Assembly (NCBI GenBank): GCA_964584035.1
Contig: CAZOYL010000091.1
Span: 1-10,793 of the forward strand
Origin: an uncultured Gemmatimonadota bacterium
GTDB lineage: Bacteria; SM23-81
DNA: 10,793 nt
Reading direction: 5' to 3'
Below, piece after piece: positions 1-9,597 of the stretch (position 1 is its first letter; each line of letters starts with the position of its first letter). The notes under the pieces are model-generated. The model made no database searches. It was not told where the DNA came from and was given only the letters and a program-made list of their open reading frames with translations. Made by a program: the position numbers and the translations under genes.

Positions 1-273
1 GACATGGAGGAACAGGTCACGGCCGCCAATATCGCCGCCGAGCGCGATGAGCTGTTCGATCAGGCCCTCCAACTGGTCATCCGCCACCAGCAGGGGTCCG
101 TATCGCTGCTGCAGCGCCGCCTGAAGATCGGATACGCCCGGGCGGGACGGCTGATGGATCAGTTAGAGGCGGCCGGCATCGTGGGCCCCTTCGACGGCAG
201 CAAGGCCCGCCAAGTCCTGGTGGATCCCAGCTACCTGGACGACCTGGAGATGGGCAATATGACATCGCTGTGA
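1..273 (+). CDS. ftsK: DNA translocase FtsK, C-terminal gamma (winged-helix) domain; 5'-partial
   Basis: Frame is open from base 1. [59 protein letters not shown] matches the FtsK gamma signature (SxSxLQRRLxIGYxRAxRxxDxLE). It lies directly upstream of lolA, a common gene order. Confidence 0.96.
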   Translation, partial: DMEEQVTAANIAAERDELFDQALQLVIRHQQGSVSLLQRRLKIGYARAGRLMDQLEAAGIVGPFDGSKARQVLVDPSYLDDLEMGNMTSL

Positions 274-316
274 GAAAAGAATTACAAGGCGAGATTCTGA
301 GATTGAAGAGGTTCCC

Positions 317-970
317 ATGAATCCCAAACGGTTCCTTTCAGCATGCACATTGCTGATTCTATCGATCCTGCTCCCGACCCCGCCGGCGGAGAGCATCACC
401 GCCCAGGAGATCCTCCAGAAGGTCGAGGAGCGTTACGAAAACCTGACCGATTTTCAGGCCGCCTTCCAGCAGACCGTCACCATCGACTCGGCCGACACGG
501 CCGGCACCCTGGCCTCGGGGACCCTGTGGGTCAAAAAGCCGGCCAGATTCCGCCTGGAGCTGGAGCACCAGACCACCGTCTCCGACGGCATCACCCTGTG
601 GACCTACGTGCCCGTCCACAACCAGGTCCTGGTCGACGCGGCCGACACCACCGGCGGGGGAATGCGCCCCGATCAGCTGTTTTTGACCTATTTCCAGGAC
701 GCCCAGGCGACCCTGCTGGGCACCGAACCGGTGGCCGGGTTCGACTGTTATCATCTCTGCCTGTGTCCCACCGAGGATGCCGCCATCTCTTCGCTGCAGG
801 TCTGGGTGGACAAGGACACCTGGCTGGCCCGGCGGCTGAAGTTCACAGACAGCGGGGGCATGATCACTCAATATCGCTTTACCGAGATGAAGACCAATCC
901 CGGCCTGGCCGACTCGCTCTTCGTCTTCCAGGCGCCCGACACGGTCGAGGTCATCGACATGAGGTGGTGA
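317..970 (+). CDS. lolA: Outer-membrane lipoprotein carrier protein LolA family
   Basis: N-terminal signal peptide. LolA-like motifs FQAAFQQT, SGTLWVKKPARFR, VSDGITLWTY..NQV, and C-terminal LFVFQAP..VEVID. GAGG RBS at 308-311; follows ftsK. Confidence 0.9.
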   Translation: MNPKRFLSACTLLILSILLPTPPAESITAQEILQKVEERYENLTDFQAAFQQTVTIDSADTAGTLASGTLWVKKPARFRLELEHQTTVSDGITLWTYVPVHNQVLVDAADTTGGGMRPDQLFLTYFQDAQATLLGTEPVAGFDCYHLCLCPTEDAAISSLQVWVDKDTWLARRLKFTDSGGMITQYRFTEMKTNPGLADSLFVFQAPDTVEVIDMRW

Positions 971-986
971 GAGGAGAACCTGACCT

Positions 987-2795
987 TTGAAAACAACGCT
1001 CTTGACAATCTGCCTGTTAGTCTTCCTGTTCGCTCCGGAAAACCATACCTCGGCCGCGCCCACCGACCTGGCCTGGAGCACCCTGCTGGGCGGCAGCGGC
1101 CACGACTGGGGCCAGGCCATCGCCCTGGACGAAAAGGGCTACCTTTACGTGGCCGGCCAGACCGCCTCACTCGATTTCCCCACCACACCGGGAGCCTTCG
1201 ACGCCGCCCCGCCGGGCAAGTCCGATCCCTCCGATTCCAGGGACTTGTTCATCGTCAAACTGCACCCCTCCGGGTCCGGTGTAGTCTACGCCACCCTGCT
1301 GGGAGGAAGCCTGGCGGAGGACCTTGAGGACATCGCCCTGGACGGCTCGGGTAACCTCTGTCTGACCGGCACGACCTGGTCGAAAGACTTCCCCGTCACG
1401 GCCGGCGCCCTCCAGGCCGGGTATCACGGCGGCACCGAGGCGGCCGGAGACGCTTTCGTGACCAAGCTCAACGCCATGGGCACCGGCCTGATCTACTCCA
1501 CCTTCCTGGGCGGGGATAAAGACGATCGGGCGGCCGGCATCGCCCTGGACGGCTCGGAGAACATCTATCTGACCGGTCAAACCCGGTCCCCGGACTTCCC
1601 CGTGACGGCCGGCGCCTTTCAACCGGAATACGGCGACGGTGACGGCGACGGTTTCGTCACCAAACTGGATGTCTCAGGGAACCGGCTGCTTTATTCCACC
1701 TTTTTGGGCAGCTCCGGCGCCGACCGGGGGAGCGGCATCGCCGTGGACCGGAGCGGCCACGCCTGGGTGGCCGGACAGACCGATGGGAATGATTTCCCCA
1801 TCACGACGGCCGCCGGGGATTCCGGCCGGGAGGACACCCGGTCCGACGCCTTCCTGGCCAAAATCAACCCTGACGGGAAAACACTGGCCTTTTCGACCCG
1901 GCTGGGCGGCAGCCGCCAGGAGGAGTCCGCCTGCGTGGCCATCGATCCCTCCGGATGCGCCTATCTGGCCGGCCGAACCCTGTCCCCCGACTTCCCGGCC
2001 ACCGAGGAGGCCTTCGACCGGTCCCCCAATCACCGGGCCGGCATCCTTGAGGGGGACGGCTTCGTGGCCAAATTCGATGCCGCCGGAAACGGCCCGATCT
2101 ATGCCACCCACCTGGGAGGTCCCGCTTCGGATGAGATCACCGGGATGGCCCTGGATGCCGCCGGCTCGGCTTATCTCTGCGGCCAGACCGAGGGGCCCGG
2201 ATTTCCGACCACGGCGGGGGCCTTCGATACCGCCTTCGGCGGCCAGACGGAGGCCTTTTTCGCCCTGCTGGACCCCTCCGGCTCCCGCCTGGTCTCCTCC
2301 ACATTGCTGGGCGGCCGGGGCGCTGACCGGTGCAGCGACCTGGTCCTGGACGAGGCCGGGAATGCGTTTCTGACCGGCTGGACCGAGTCGGGTGATTTCC
2401 CGATCATATCCCAGGCCCTGCGGTCGGACTATCACGGCCGCCAGGACGTCTTCGTGGTCCGTTTCGGGGCCGCCGCGGTGTCGGCCGAGCCGGTTCCCCA
2501 GGGCGGTTCGGTGCCCAACAGCTACGCGCTGTTCCAGAATTATCCCAATCCCTTCAACAGCAGCACCGTCATCCGTTTCGATCTTCCCCGGGACGGCCAG
2601 GTCAGCCTGAAGATCTACGATACCCTGGGCCGGGAGCAGCGGGCCCTGCTGAACCGCCGCCAGAAAGCCGGCGGCTACACCATCTCCTGGGACGGGCGGG
2701 ACGACAAAGGAAAAGTGCTGACCAGCGGGGTGTACTTCTGCAAGATCGAATCCGGCGGGTTCGAGGACGTGGTCAAGATGGTCATGATGAGGTAA
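987..2795 (+). CDS. Secreted SBBP-repeat (seven-bladed beta-propeller) protein with C-terminal T9SS type A sorting-like / FlgD Ig-like domain
   Basis: TTG start with GAGGAG at 971-976; hydrophobic signal peptide; seven ~60-aa repeats. The C-terminus YALFQNYPNPFNSSTVIRFDLP...IYDTLGR...WDGRDDKG..LTSGVYF (2523-2792) is typical of secreted FCB-group proteins. Confidence 0.88.
   Translation: MKTTLLTICLLVFLFAPENHTSAAPTDLAWSTLLGGSGHDWGQAIALDEKGYLYVAGQTASLDFPTTPGAFDAAPPGKSDPSDSRDLFIVKLHPSGSGVVYATLLGGSLAEDLEDIALDGSGNLCLTGTTWSKDFPVTAGALQAGYHGGTEAAGDAFVTKLNAMGTGLIYSTFLGGDKDDRAAGIALDGSENIYLTGQTRSPDFPVTAGAFQPEYGDGDGDGFVTKLDVSGNRLLYSTFLGSSGADRGSGIAVDRSGHAWVAGQTDGNDFPITTAAGDSGREDTRSDAFLAKINPDGKTLAFSTRLGGSRQEESACVAIDPSGCAYLAGRTLSPDFPATEEAFDRSPNHRAGILEGDGFVAKFDAAGNGPIYATHLGGPASDEITGMALDAAGSAYLCGQTEGPGFPTTAGAFDTAFGGQTEAFFALLDPSGSRLVSSTLLGGRGADRCSDLVLDEAGNAFLTGWTESGDFPIISQALRSDYHGRQDVFVVRFGAAAVSAEPVPQGGSVPNSYALFQNYPNPFNSSTVIRFDLPRDGQVSLKIYDTLGREQRALLNRRQKAGGYTISWDGRDDKGKVLTSGVYFCKIESGGFEDVVKMVMMR
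1068..2468 (+). repeat. Seven intragenic SBBP-type repeats, ~60-70 aa each
   Basis: The pattern (Y/W/F)ST(L/F)LGG-x3-D-x4-IALD-x2-G-x2-Y(L/V)(T/A)G-x-T-x-S-x-DFP-x-T-x-GA...D(A/G)FV-x-K recurs seven times in the translation. Confidence 0.9.
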
Positions 2796-2799
2796 CCCC

Positions 2800-4140
2800 A
2801 TGTCCCCTTCCTTCTCCATCATCAACCTGGGCTGCCCCAAGAACCTGGTCGACGCCGAGCGGCTGGCCGCCGCTCTGGAGGGGGTCGGCTACCGCCTGGA
2901 GATCGATCCGGCCCGGGCGGAGCTGATCCTGGTCAACACCTGCGGCTTCATCGAGCAGGCCCGGCAGGAATCCCTGGACACCATCGCCGAGATGATGCAG
3001 CACAGGCTGGCGGGCCGCTGCCGCGGCCTGGTGGTGACCGGCTGCCTGTCCCAGCGCTATCCCCGGTCCCTGTGGGAACAGCTGCCGGCCGTGGACGCCT
3101 TCCTGGGCATCGGCGGGCAGGATGACATCGTCACGGTCTGCGGCCGTATCCTCGACGGAGGCGACCAGCGGCCCTGTCTGGTCCACGATCCCGATAAGCT
3201 CGTGGAAGAGATCATTCCCCGAAAACAGTTGACCGTGCCGCACAGCGCCTATCTGAAGATCGCCGACGGCTGCGACAACCGCTGCGCCTACTGCGCCATC
3301 CCGCTGATCCGCGGGAGATATCGCAGCCGCAGGCCGGAGGTGCTTGAGCAAGAGGCTCGCGAGCTGGCCGACCACGGGGTCCGGGAGCTGAACATCATCG
3401 CCCAGGACACCACCGATTACGGCCGGGACCTGGCCGGCGAGGCGCAGCTGGCGCAGCTGCTCGGCCGGCTCTGCGCCGTCGACGGCCTGCGCTGGATCCG
3501 GCTGATGTACACCCATCCGGCCCATTACACCGCTGACCTGATCGAGACCGTGGCCCGGGAGGAAAAGATCTGCAACTACCTGGATCTGCCCCTGCAGCAT
3601 GTCTGCGATGACCTGCTCAGGGCCATGAACCGCCGGGTCACCGGGGAGCAGATCGAGGCTCTGATCGATAAGCTGCGCTCGGCCATCCCGGGCCTGACCC
3701 TGCGGACCACCTTCATCGTCGGCCTGCCGGGCGAGACGGAGGAGCACTTCGAGCGACTGCTGGAGTTCGTCGATCGCCACCGCTTCGAGAAGCTGGGCGC
3801 CTTCTCCTACTCCCCGGAACAGGGCACTCCGGCCGCAGAAATGACCCGGCGGCCGAAAAAAGGGGTGGCCGACCGGCGCCTGGACCAGCTGCTGCGCCTT
3901 CAGCAGCGGATTTCCCTTGAGCATCAGCGGGATCTGGCCGGGCAGGAGCTGGAGGTTCTGGTGGATGCGGCCATCTCCGATGAACAGTGGCCGGCGGTCG
4001 GCCGCAGCCGGCGGGAAGCGCCGGATATCGACGGAACGGTCTATTTAGCCGGAGAGGGGCTGGTGCCCGGCCGTTTCGTCAGGGCGCAGGTGACGGCTTA
4101 CTCCGAGTACGACCTCTTCGCTCAGGCGGCCTCCCGATGA
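2800..4140 (+). CDS. rimO: Ribosomal protein uS12 methylthiotransferase RimO (radical SAM)
   Basis: UPF0004 N-domain with NLGCPKNLVDAE, NTCGFIE and GCL; AYLKIADGCDNRCAYC (CxxxCxxC); WIRLMYTHP; YLDLPLQH; EAPDIDG in a C-terminal TRAM domain. GAGGT RBS at 2789-2793 overlaps the end of the upstream gene. Confidence 0.96.
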   Translation: MSPSFSIINLGCPKNLVDAERLAAALEGVGYRLEIDPARAELILVNTCGFIEQARQESLDTIAEMMQHRLAGRCRGLVVTGCLSQRYPRSLWEQLPAVDAFLGIGGQDDIVTVCGRILDGGDQRPCLVHDPDKLVEEIIPRKQLTVPHSAYLKIADGCDNRCAYCAIPLIRGRYRSRRPEVLEQEARELADHGVRELNIIAQDTTDYGRDLAGEAQLAQLLGRLCAVDGLRWIRLMYTHPAHYTADLIETVAREEKICNYLDLPLQHVCDDLLRAMNRRVTGEQIEALIDKLRSAIPGLTLRTTFIVGLPGETEEHFERLLEFVDRHRFEKLGAFSYSPEQGTPAAEMTRRPKKGVADRRLDQLLRLQQRISLEHQRDLAGQELEVLVDAAISDEQWPAVGRSRREAPDIDGTVYLAGEGLVPGRFVRAQVTAYSEYDLFAQAASR

Positions 4141-4206
4141 CGGCAGGAACCCTGACAGCACCGGCGCGATGAGCGAGGTCAATCCCAAAGAGGGAGAGCG
4201 ATCATC

Positions 4207-5750
<1,544 letters not shown>

Positions 5751-5754
<4 letters not shown>

Positions 5755-7604
5755 AGAAAGATCAGACTCGAAGCAGATCGGGCACGGCAGAGCCTGACAA
5801 AGGTCCTCCCCAGACCATCTACCATCTTTTTCACGACAGCGCCATCCGGCATGCCGACCGGGTGGCCCTGATGGTCAAGGGCCGAAACGGCCAATACATC
5901 GGCATCACCTACCGGGAGCTGAAAGAGACGGTCGGGCGCCTGGCCGGCGCCCTTCAAAGTCTGGGCATCGCCCCGGGTGACCGGGTGGCCATTTACAGCC
6001 GCAACCGCCCGGAGTGGGCCGTGGCCGATCTGGCCGTTCTGAAGCTGGGCGGGATCGTGGTGCCCGTCTATCAGACACTTCCCCCGGCTGCCGTGGCCGA
6101 TATCATCAACGACTCCGGCAGCCGGCTCCTGTTTGTCCAGGATGCTGAACTGTTCTCCGGCCTGGAGACGGTGTCACAACGATGTCCGACGCTCCTTGAT
6201 GTGGTCTTCTTCGAAGATCCGGGAAGGCGGGTCTGCAAAGGCGACCGCACCTTCTCCGGCCTGCTCGCCCATCGGCCGGCGGCTCCGGATGAACCCCCTT
6301 CGAACCACGCCCCCGGCGTCTCCCCGGGGAACCCCGCCACCATCGTGTACACCTCCGGCACGACCGGAGAGCCCAAGGGGGCTGTGCTGACCCACGGCAA
6401 CATCGTGTCCAACGCCCTGGCGGCCAAGAGGCGCTTCCGGTTCACGGCGGACGACGTCATTCTCTCCTATCTGCCGCTCTGTCATATGTTCGAGAGAACC
6501 TGCGGCTACTACACCTTTCTGTTCGCCGGCGCCCGCATCGCCTATGCCCAGGACATGACCACCATCGTCGACGATATCCGGCTGGTCCGGCCGACCATTC
6601 TGATCGCCGTGCCCCGGATCATCGAAAAGGTCTATCAGGCCGTGAGCCAGCGGATCCTGGAAAGCACCGTGGTCCGCCGCAAGCTGGTCACGGCCGCCAT
6701 GGGCACCTTGAACGAATACTGGAACCGCATCTATCGGGGCCTGAAGATCCCCATCACGCTGAGCCTGAAGCGTTTCTTCTATGATGCCGTGGTCGCCGCC
6801 AAGTTTCGCAGAATTGCCGGGGGCCGGCTGCGGCTGCTGGTGTCCGGCGGCGCAGCGCTGGATAAAAGTATCGAGAAAGCGCTCCACATCCTGGGATTCA
6901 ATATCATTCAGGGATACGGGCTGACCGAGACCTCGCCGGTGGTCACCTGCCGGTCGGTGGCGGACAACCGCCTGGGCACGGTGGGTAAACCCCTGGACGG
7001 AGTGGAGGTTCGGATCGGAGAGGATGACCAGATCCTGGTCAGAGGGCCCAACGTGATGAAGGAGTATTTCGGCAAGCCCGAGGAAACGAAGGCGGCCATC
7101 GACGAAGGGGGCTGGTTCCATACCGGCGATCAGGGGAGATTCGACGAGGACGGAAATCTCATCATCACCGGGAGGATCAAGGAGCTGTTGATCACCTCAT
7201 ACGGCAAGAACGTGGCCCCGGTGGCCATCGAAAGGAAACTCGCCGGCAGCCCCTACGTGGAGCAATCGGTCCTCATCGGGGACGGGCGCAAATACCTCAC
7301 CGCTCTGATCGTGCCCCGCCGGGAGATGGTGTCGCGGTATGCCGCCGAGCAGGGCCTCCGGGCGGACGACTACGCCGGGCTGCTGCGAACAGCGGCTCTC
7401 AGGGACCTGTTCGCCGATCAGATCGCCCGGGCCACCGCCGATCTGCCCGGTTTCGAGCAGGTCCGGGCCTTCACCCTGCTGGCGGAGACCTTCACGGTCG
7501 AGAACGGCCTGTTGACGCCGACCCTGAAGGTCAGAAGAGGAAAGATCCTGGAGCGGTACTGTCATCAGATCGAGGACATGTATGGCCCTCATGCGCATCG
7601 ATAG
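5751..7604 (+). CDS. Long-chain fatty-acid-CoA ligase (AMP-dependent synthetase, FadD-like)
   Basis: YTSGTTGEPKG, LSYLPLCHMFER, GYGLTET, GWFHTGD, ITGRIKE, GKNVAP and LTPTLKVRR motifs. The start overlaps the regulator stop (ATGA, 5751-5754). Confidence 0.93.
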
Positions 7605-7618
7605 GATGGGTTGTCCTT

Positions 7619-8716
7619 ATGCCTGCTGACATCTTTCTCACCGGATCCACCGGCTTCATCGGCAGCGGCCTGCTGCAGAAATGGCTGGCCGCGACCGACG
7701 CCAGGTTCCATCTGCTGGTCAGATCCAGACGCGATGAGAGCCCCCGGAGCCGGATCGGTAAGATCCTCGGTGAGCTCTATCCGCAGGGCAGCGCATCGCG
7801 CCTGCGGTCGAGGCTCGAGATCCTGGAGGGCGACATCGCCCGGCAGGGTCTCGGACTGCGCCCGGCCGATTACGAGCGCCTAACTGACACCATCACCCAC
7901 ATCGTGCACTGCGCCGCCGCGGCCCGGTTCGACCTGGAGATCGACCAGGCCCGCCGGATCAACGTGGGCGGCACCGAGCAGATTCTCACTCTGGCGCAGC
8001 GATGTCCAAGATTGGTAAAATTGGATTATATTGGAACCGCCTATGTGTCCGGCCGGCGGGATGGCGTCATCACAGAGGATCAGCTGGACCAGGGCCAGGA
8101 GCACAATAACACCTACGAGCGGAGCAAGCTGGAGGCGGAGCGGCTGATCCGGGAACACTGGACCCGCCTGCCGATCACCGTGTTCCGTCCCAGCATCGTC
8201 ATCTGCGACGCAACCACCGGCCGTATCTCCCGGCACAGCGCCTTCTACCGGGTCCTGGAGATGTACCGGCAGGGCCGGGTCATGGCGCTGCCCGGCGATC
8301 CCGGCGCCCTCCTGGACCTGGTGCCGCTGGACTATTGCGCCGAGGCCGTGGCCCGGATCTCTGGTGAGGCCTCCAGCGCCGGGAGATGTTATCACCTCAC
8401 CGCCGGGCCGGGCAACCTGACATCTCTGGGCCGGATCAGGGACCTGGCCGCTCGTTATTTCGGCATAGCACCGTTCACCATCCTCCCTGCGGAAGCCTTC
8501 GAAGCTATGATCGCCGAACGAAAGGAGGCCCTCTCCGAGGAGGAACAGAAGATGATCGCCGAGATCGACATCTACCGGCCCTATCTTTCCGGCCGCCCCA
8601 GATTCGACCATGCCAATACAGTTGCAGCCCTGAAGGACCGGGGCGTCGAGGTTCCCCGGTTGAAAGACTACTTCCCCCGAATGGTGGCCTATATGAGCCG
8701 CCTGATGCGGCCGTAA
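7619..8716 (+). CDS. Extended SDR of the thioester-reductase / fatty acyl-CoA reductase (male-sterility, NAD_binding_4) type
   Basis: FLTGSTGFIG Rossmann motif, LEGDIA...LGL, IVHCAA, NVGGT, GTAYVSG, catalytic YERSK (YxxxK), and RPSIV. AGGA RBS directly after the ligase stop. Confidence 0.88.
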   Translation: MPADIFLTGSTGFIGSGLLQKWLAATDARFHLLVRSRRDESPRSRIGKILGELYPQGSASRLRSRLEILEGDIARQGLGLRPADYERLTDTITHIVHCAAAARFDLEIDQARRINVGGTEQILTLAQRCPRLVKLDYIGTAYVSGRRDGVITEDQLDQGQEHNNTYERSKLEAERLIREHWTRLPITVFRPSIVICDATTGRISRHSAFYRVLEMYRQGRVMALPGDPGALLDLVPLDYCAEAVARISGEASSAGRCYHLTAGPGNLTSLGRIRDLAARYFGIAPFTILPAEAFEAMIAERKEALSEEEQKMIAEIDIYRPYLSGRPRFDHANTVAALKDRGVEVPRLKDYFPRMVAYMSRLMRP

Positions 8717-8727
8717 GAACATCTTCT

Positions 8728-8740
8728 TAACATATTGATA
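8728..8740 (-). promoter_or_regulatory. IHF-like binding site (distal)
   Basis: The minus strand reads TATCAATATGTTA, an exact match to the E. coli consensus WATCAANNNNTTR. Confidence 0.4.
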
Positions 8741-8786
8741 GATATTCTGTTCGACTGATACAATCGATCCTGGACTCGACCCCGTC

Positions 8787-8872
8787 AGCCATTTTGGCAG
8801 AGTTTTCGTCAAAATGGCCCTGTCTCGAACTTCTAATGTCATTCTGGCAGAAAAATAAATGCCATAATGACA
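8787..8872. promoter_or_regulatory. Four palindromic boxes, consensus TGYCA-N3-TGRCA, arranged as two inverted pairs; candidate upstream activator sequences
   Basis: AGCCATTTTGGCA (8787-8799), CGTCAAAATGGCC (8807-8819), TGTCATTCTGGCA (8837-8849), TGCCATAATGACA (8860-8872). Centres lie about 140-213 bp upstream of the predicted sigma-54 start site. Confidence 0.72.
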
Positions 8873-8879
8873 TTTTTTT
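8835..8879 (+). terminator. Possible intrinsic terminator for the upstream operon (coincides with enhancer boxes 3 and 4)
   Basis: 15-nt inverted repeat with 14/15 match (8835-8849 / 8860-8874), 10-nt loop, running into T7 at 8873-8879. The stem is AT-rich and the loop long, so it is not a classical terminator. Confidence 0.3.
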
Positions 8880-8938
8880 CTACCCGGCCTCCCGCTGGAT
8901 CGCGCCACGCAAACTATTTACCTCTTTAATTCTTTATA

Positions 8939-8951
8939 TAACAATATATTA
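8939..8951 (+). promoter_or_regulatory. IHF-like binding site between the enhancer boxes and the sigma-54 promoter
   Basis: TAACAATATATTA has one mismatch to WATCAANNNNTTR, is preceded by an A/T tract (8911-8938), and sits in the canonical position for a sigma-54 promoter. Confidence 0.55.
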
Positions 8952-8978
8952 AAGCGTCGAATGGGCCGCGGCTTGATT

Positions 8979-8995
8979 CTGGCACGACCATTGCA
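8979..8995 (+). promoter_or_regulatory. Sigma-54 (RpoN) -24/-12 promoter
   Basis: CTGGCACGACCATTGCA is an exact match to YTGGCACG-N4-TTGCW, with GG at 8981-8982 and GC at 8993-8994 separated by 10 nt. The predicted start is near 9006, about 50 nt upstream of the hsp20 ATG. Confidence 0.9.
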
Positions 8996-9054
8996 ACCGA
9001 TTCTCAATGAACGCGAAAATGGAACCACAAACAGTGATGAGGAGGTGAACCGAG

Positions 9055-9480
9055 ATGGCGATCATCAGTTTAAGACCCTGGGGAGACCGGGCGCAGGATT
9101 TCTTCGGCCAGGGCCCGTTCGCACGGTCCCCGGTGAGACGAGAGGAGTGCCGCTGGGTTCCGGCGGTTGACATCTCCGAGGATGATGACAATCTGCATAT
9201 CGAGGTCGAGATCCCGGGGATGAAGAAGGAGGACATCAAGGTCTCGATGGAACACAACGTGCTCAGCCTGAAGGGCGAGAAGAAACAGGGCCAGGAGGTC
9301 AAGGAGGAGAACTATCACCGCTGGGAACGCTGTTATGGATCCTTCTCCCGGGCCTTCGAGCTGCCCATGCCCGTCCAGGCCGACCGGATCAAGGCCAGGT
9401 ACCACGATGGGGTGCTGCATATCGAGCTGCCCAAGGCCGAGGAGGTCAAGCCCAAGGAGATCCCCATCGAGGTGAAGTAG
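9055..9480 (+). CDS. Small heat shock protein (Hsp20/alpha-crystallin family), copy 1, short N-terminal arm
   Basis: PAVDISE, EIPGMKKEDIKV, LSLKGEK, ERCYGSFSRAFELP, ARYHDGVLHIELPK, C-terminal IPI motif. Strong RBS GAGGAGGTG at 9039-9047. Confidence 0.97.
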   Translation: MAIISLRPWGDRAQDFFGQGPFARSPVRREECRWVPAVDISEDDDNLHIEVEIPGMKKEDIKVSMEHNVLSLKGEKKQGQEVKEENYHRWERCYGSFSRAFELPMPVQADRIKARYHDGVLHIELPKAEEVKPKEIPIEVK

Positions 9481-9597
9481 ATCTCTCCCGCGTCCGGAGA
9501 CCGCCGGGTCACCCGGACCGAAGCGATTCCAGCCGCGGGATTTCAAACTGGAAAGATTCAGATCAAGGCTTTTTAACAGTATCGGAGGTGAACGAAG

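Noticed and set aside
743..770. CYHLCLC cysteine cluster in LolA as a metal site
   Set aside because: It falls in a predicted beta-strand, fits hydrophobic substitutions, and matches no recognised metal-binding spacing.
343..990. 215-aa alternate-frame ORF over lolA (and similar ones at 1639-2373, 6133-6390, 8386-8730)
   Set aside because: Arg/Pro/Gly-rich off-frame translations of GC-rich coding DNA, fully overlapping real genes.
4169..4206. Upstream ATG (4169) as an alternative start for the regulator
   Set aside because: It is out of frame with 4207, which has a well-placed RBS.
9001..9043. TTCTCA / TGAGGA pairing as an RNA thermometer for hsp20 copy 1
   Set aside because: The 5' arm lies at or upstream of the predicted TSS (~9006), so it would mostly be absent from the transcript. 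The remaining UTR is A-rich and looks unstructured.
8717..9054. CIRCE, HAIR, CtsR or sigma-32 elements; CRISPR leader/array or IS ends in the AT-rich spacer
   Set aside because: No convincing match to those consensus sequences by eye. The repeats are short palindromes without a repeat-spacer period, and there are no cas or transposase genes.
8961..9170. 69-aa ORF as a leader peptide (also 9588-9776)
   Set aside because: It starts upstream of the sigma-54 promoter, lacks an RBS and overlaps hsp20 out of frame. The GTG of 9588-9776 is part of the hsp20 SD sequence.
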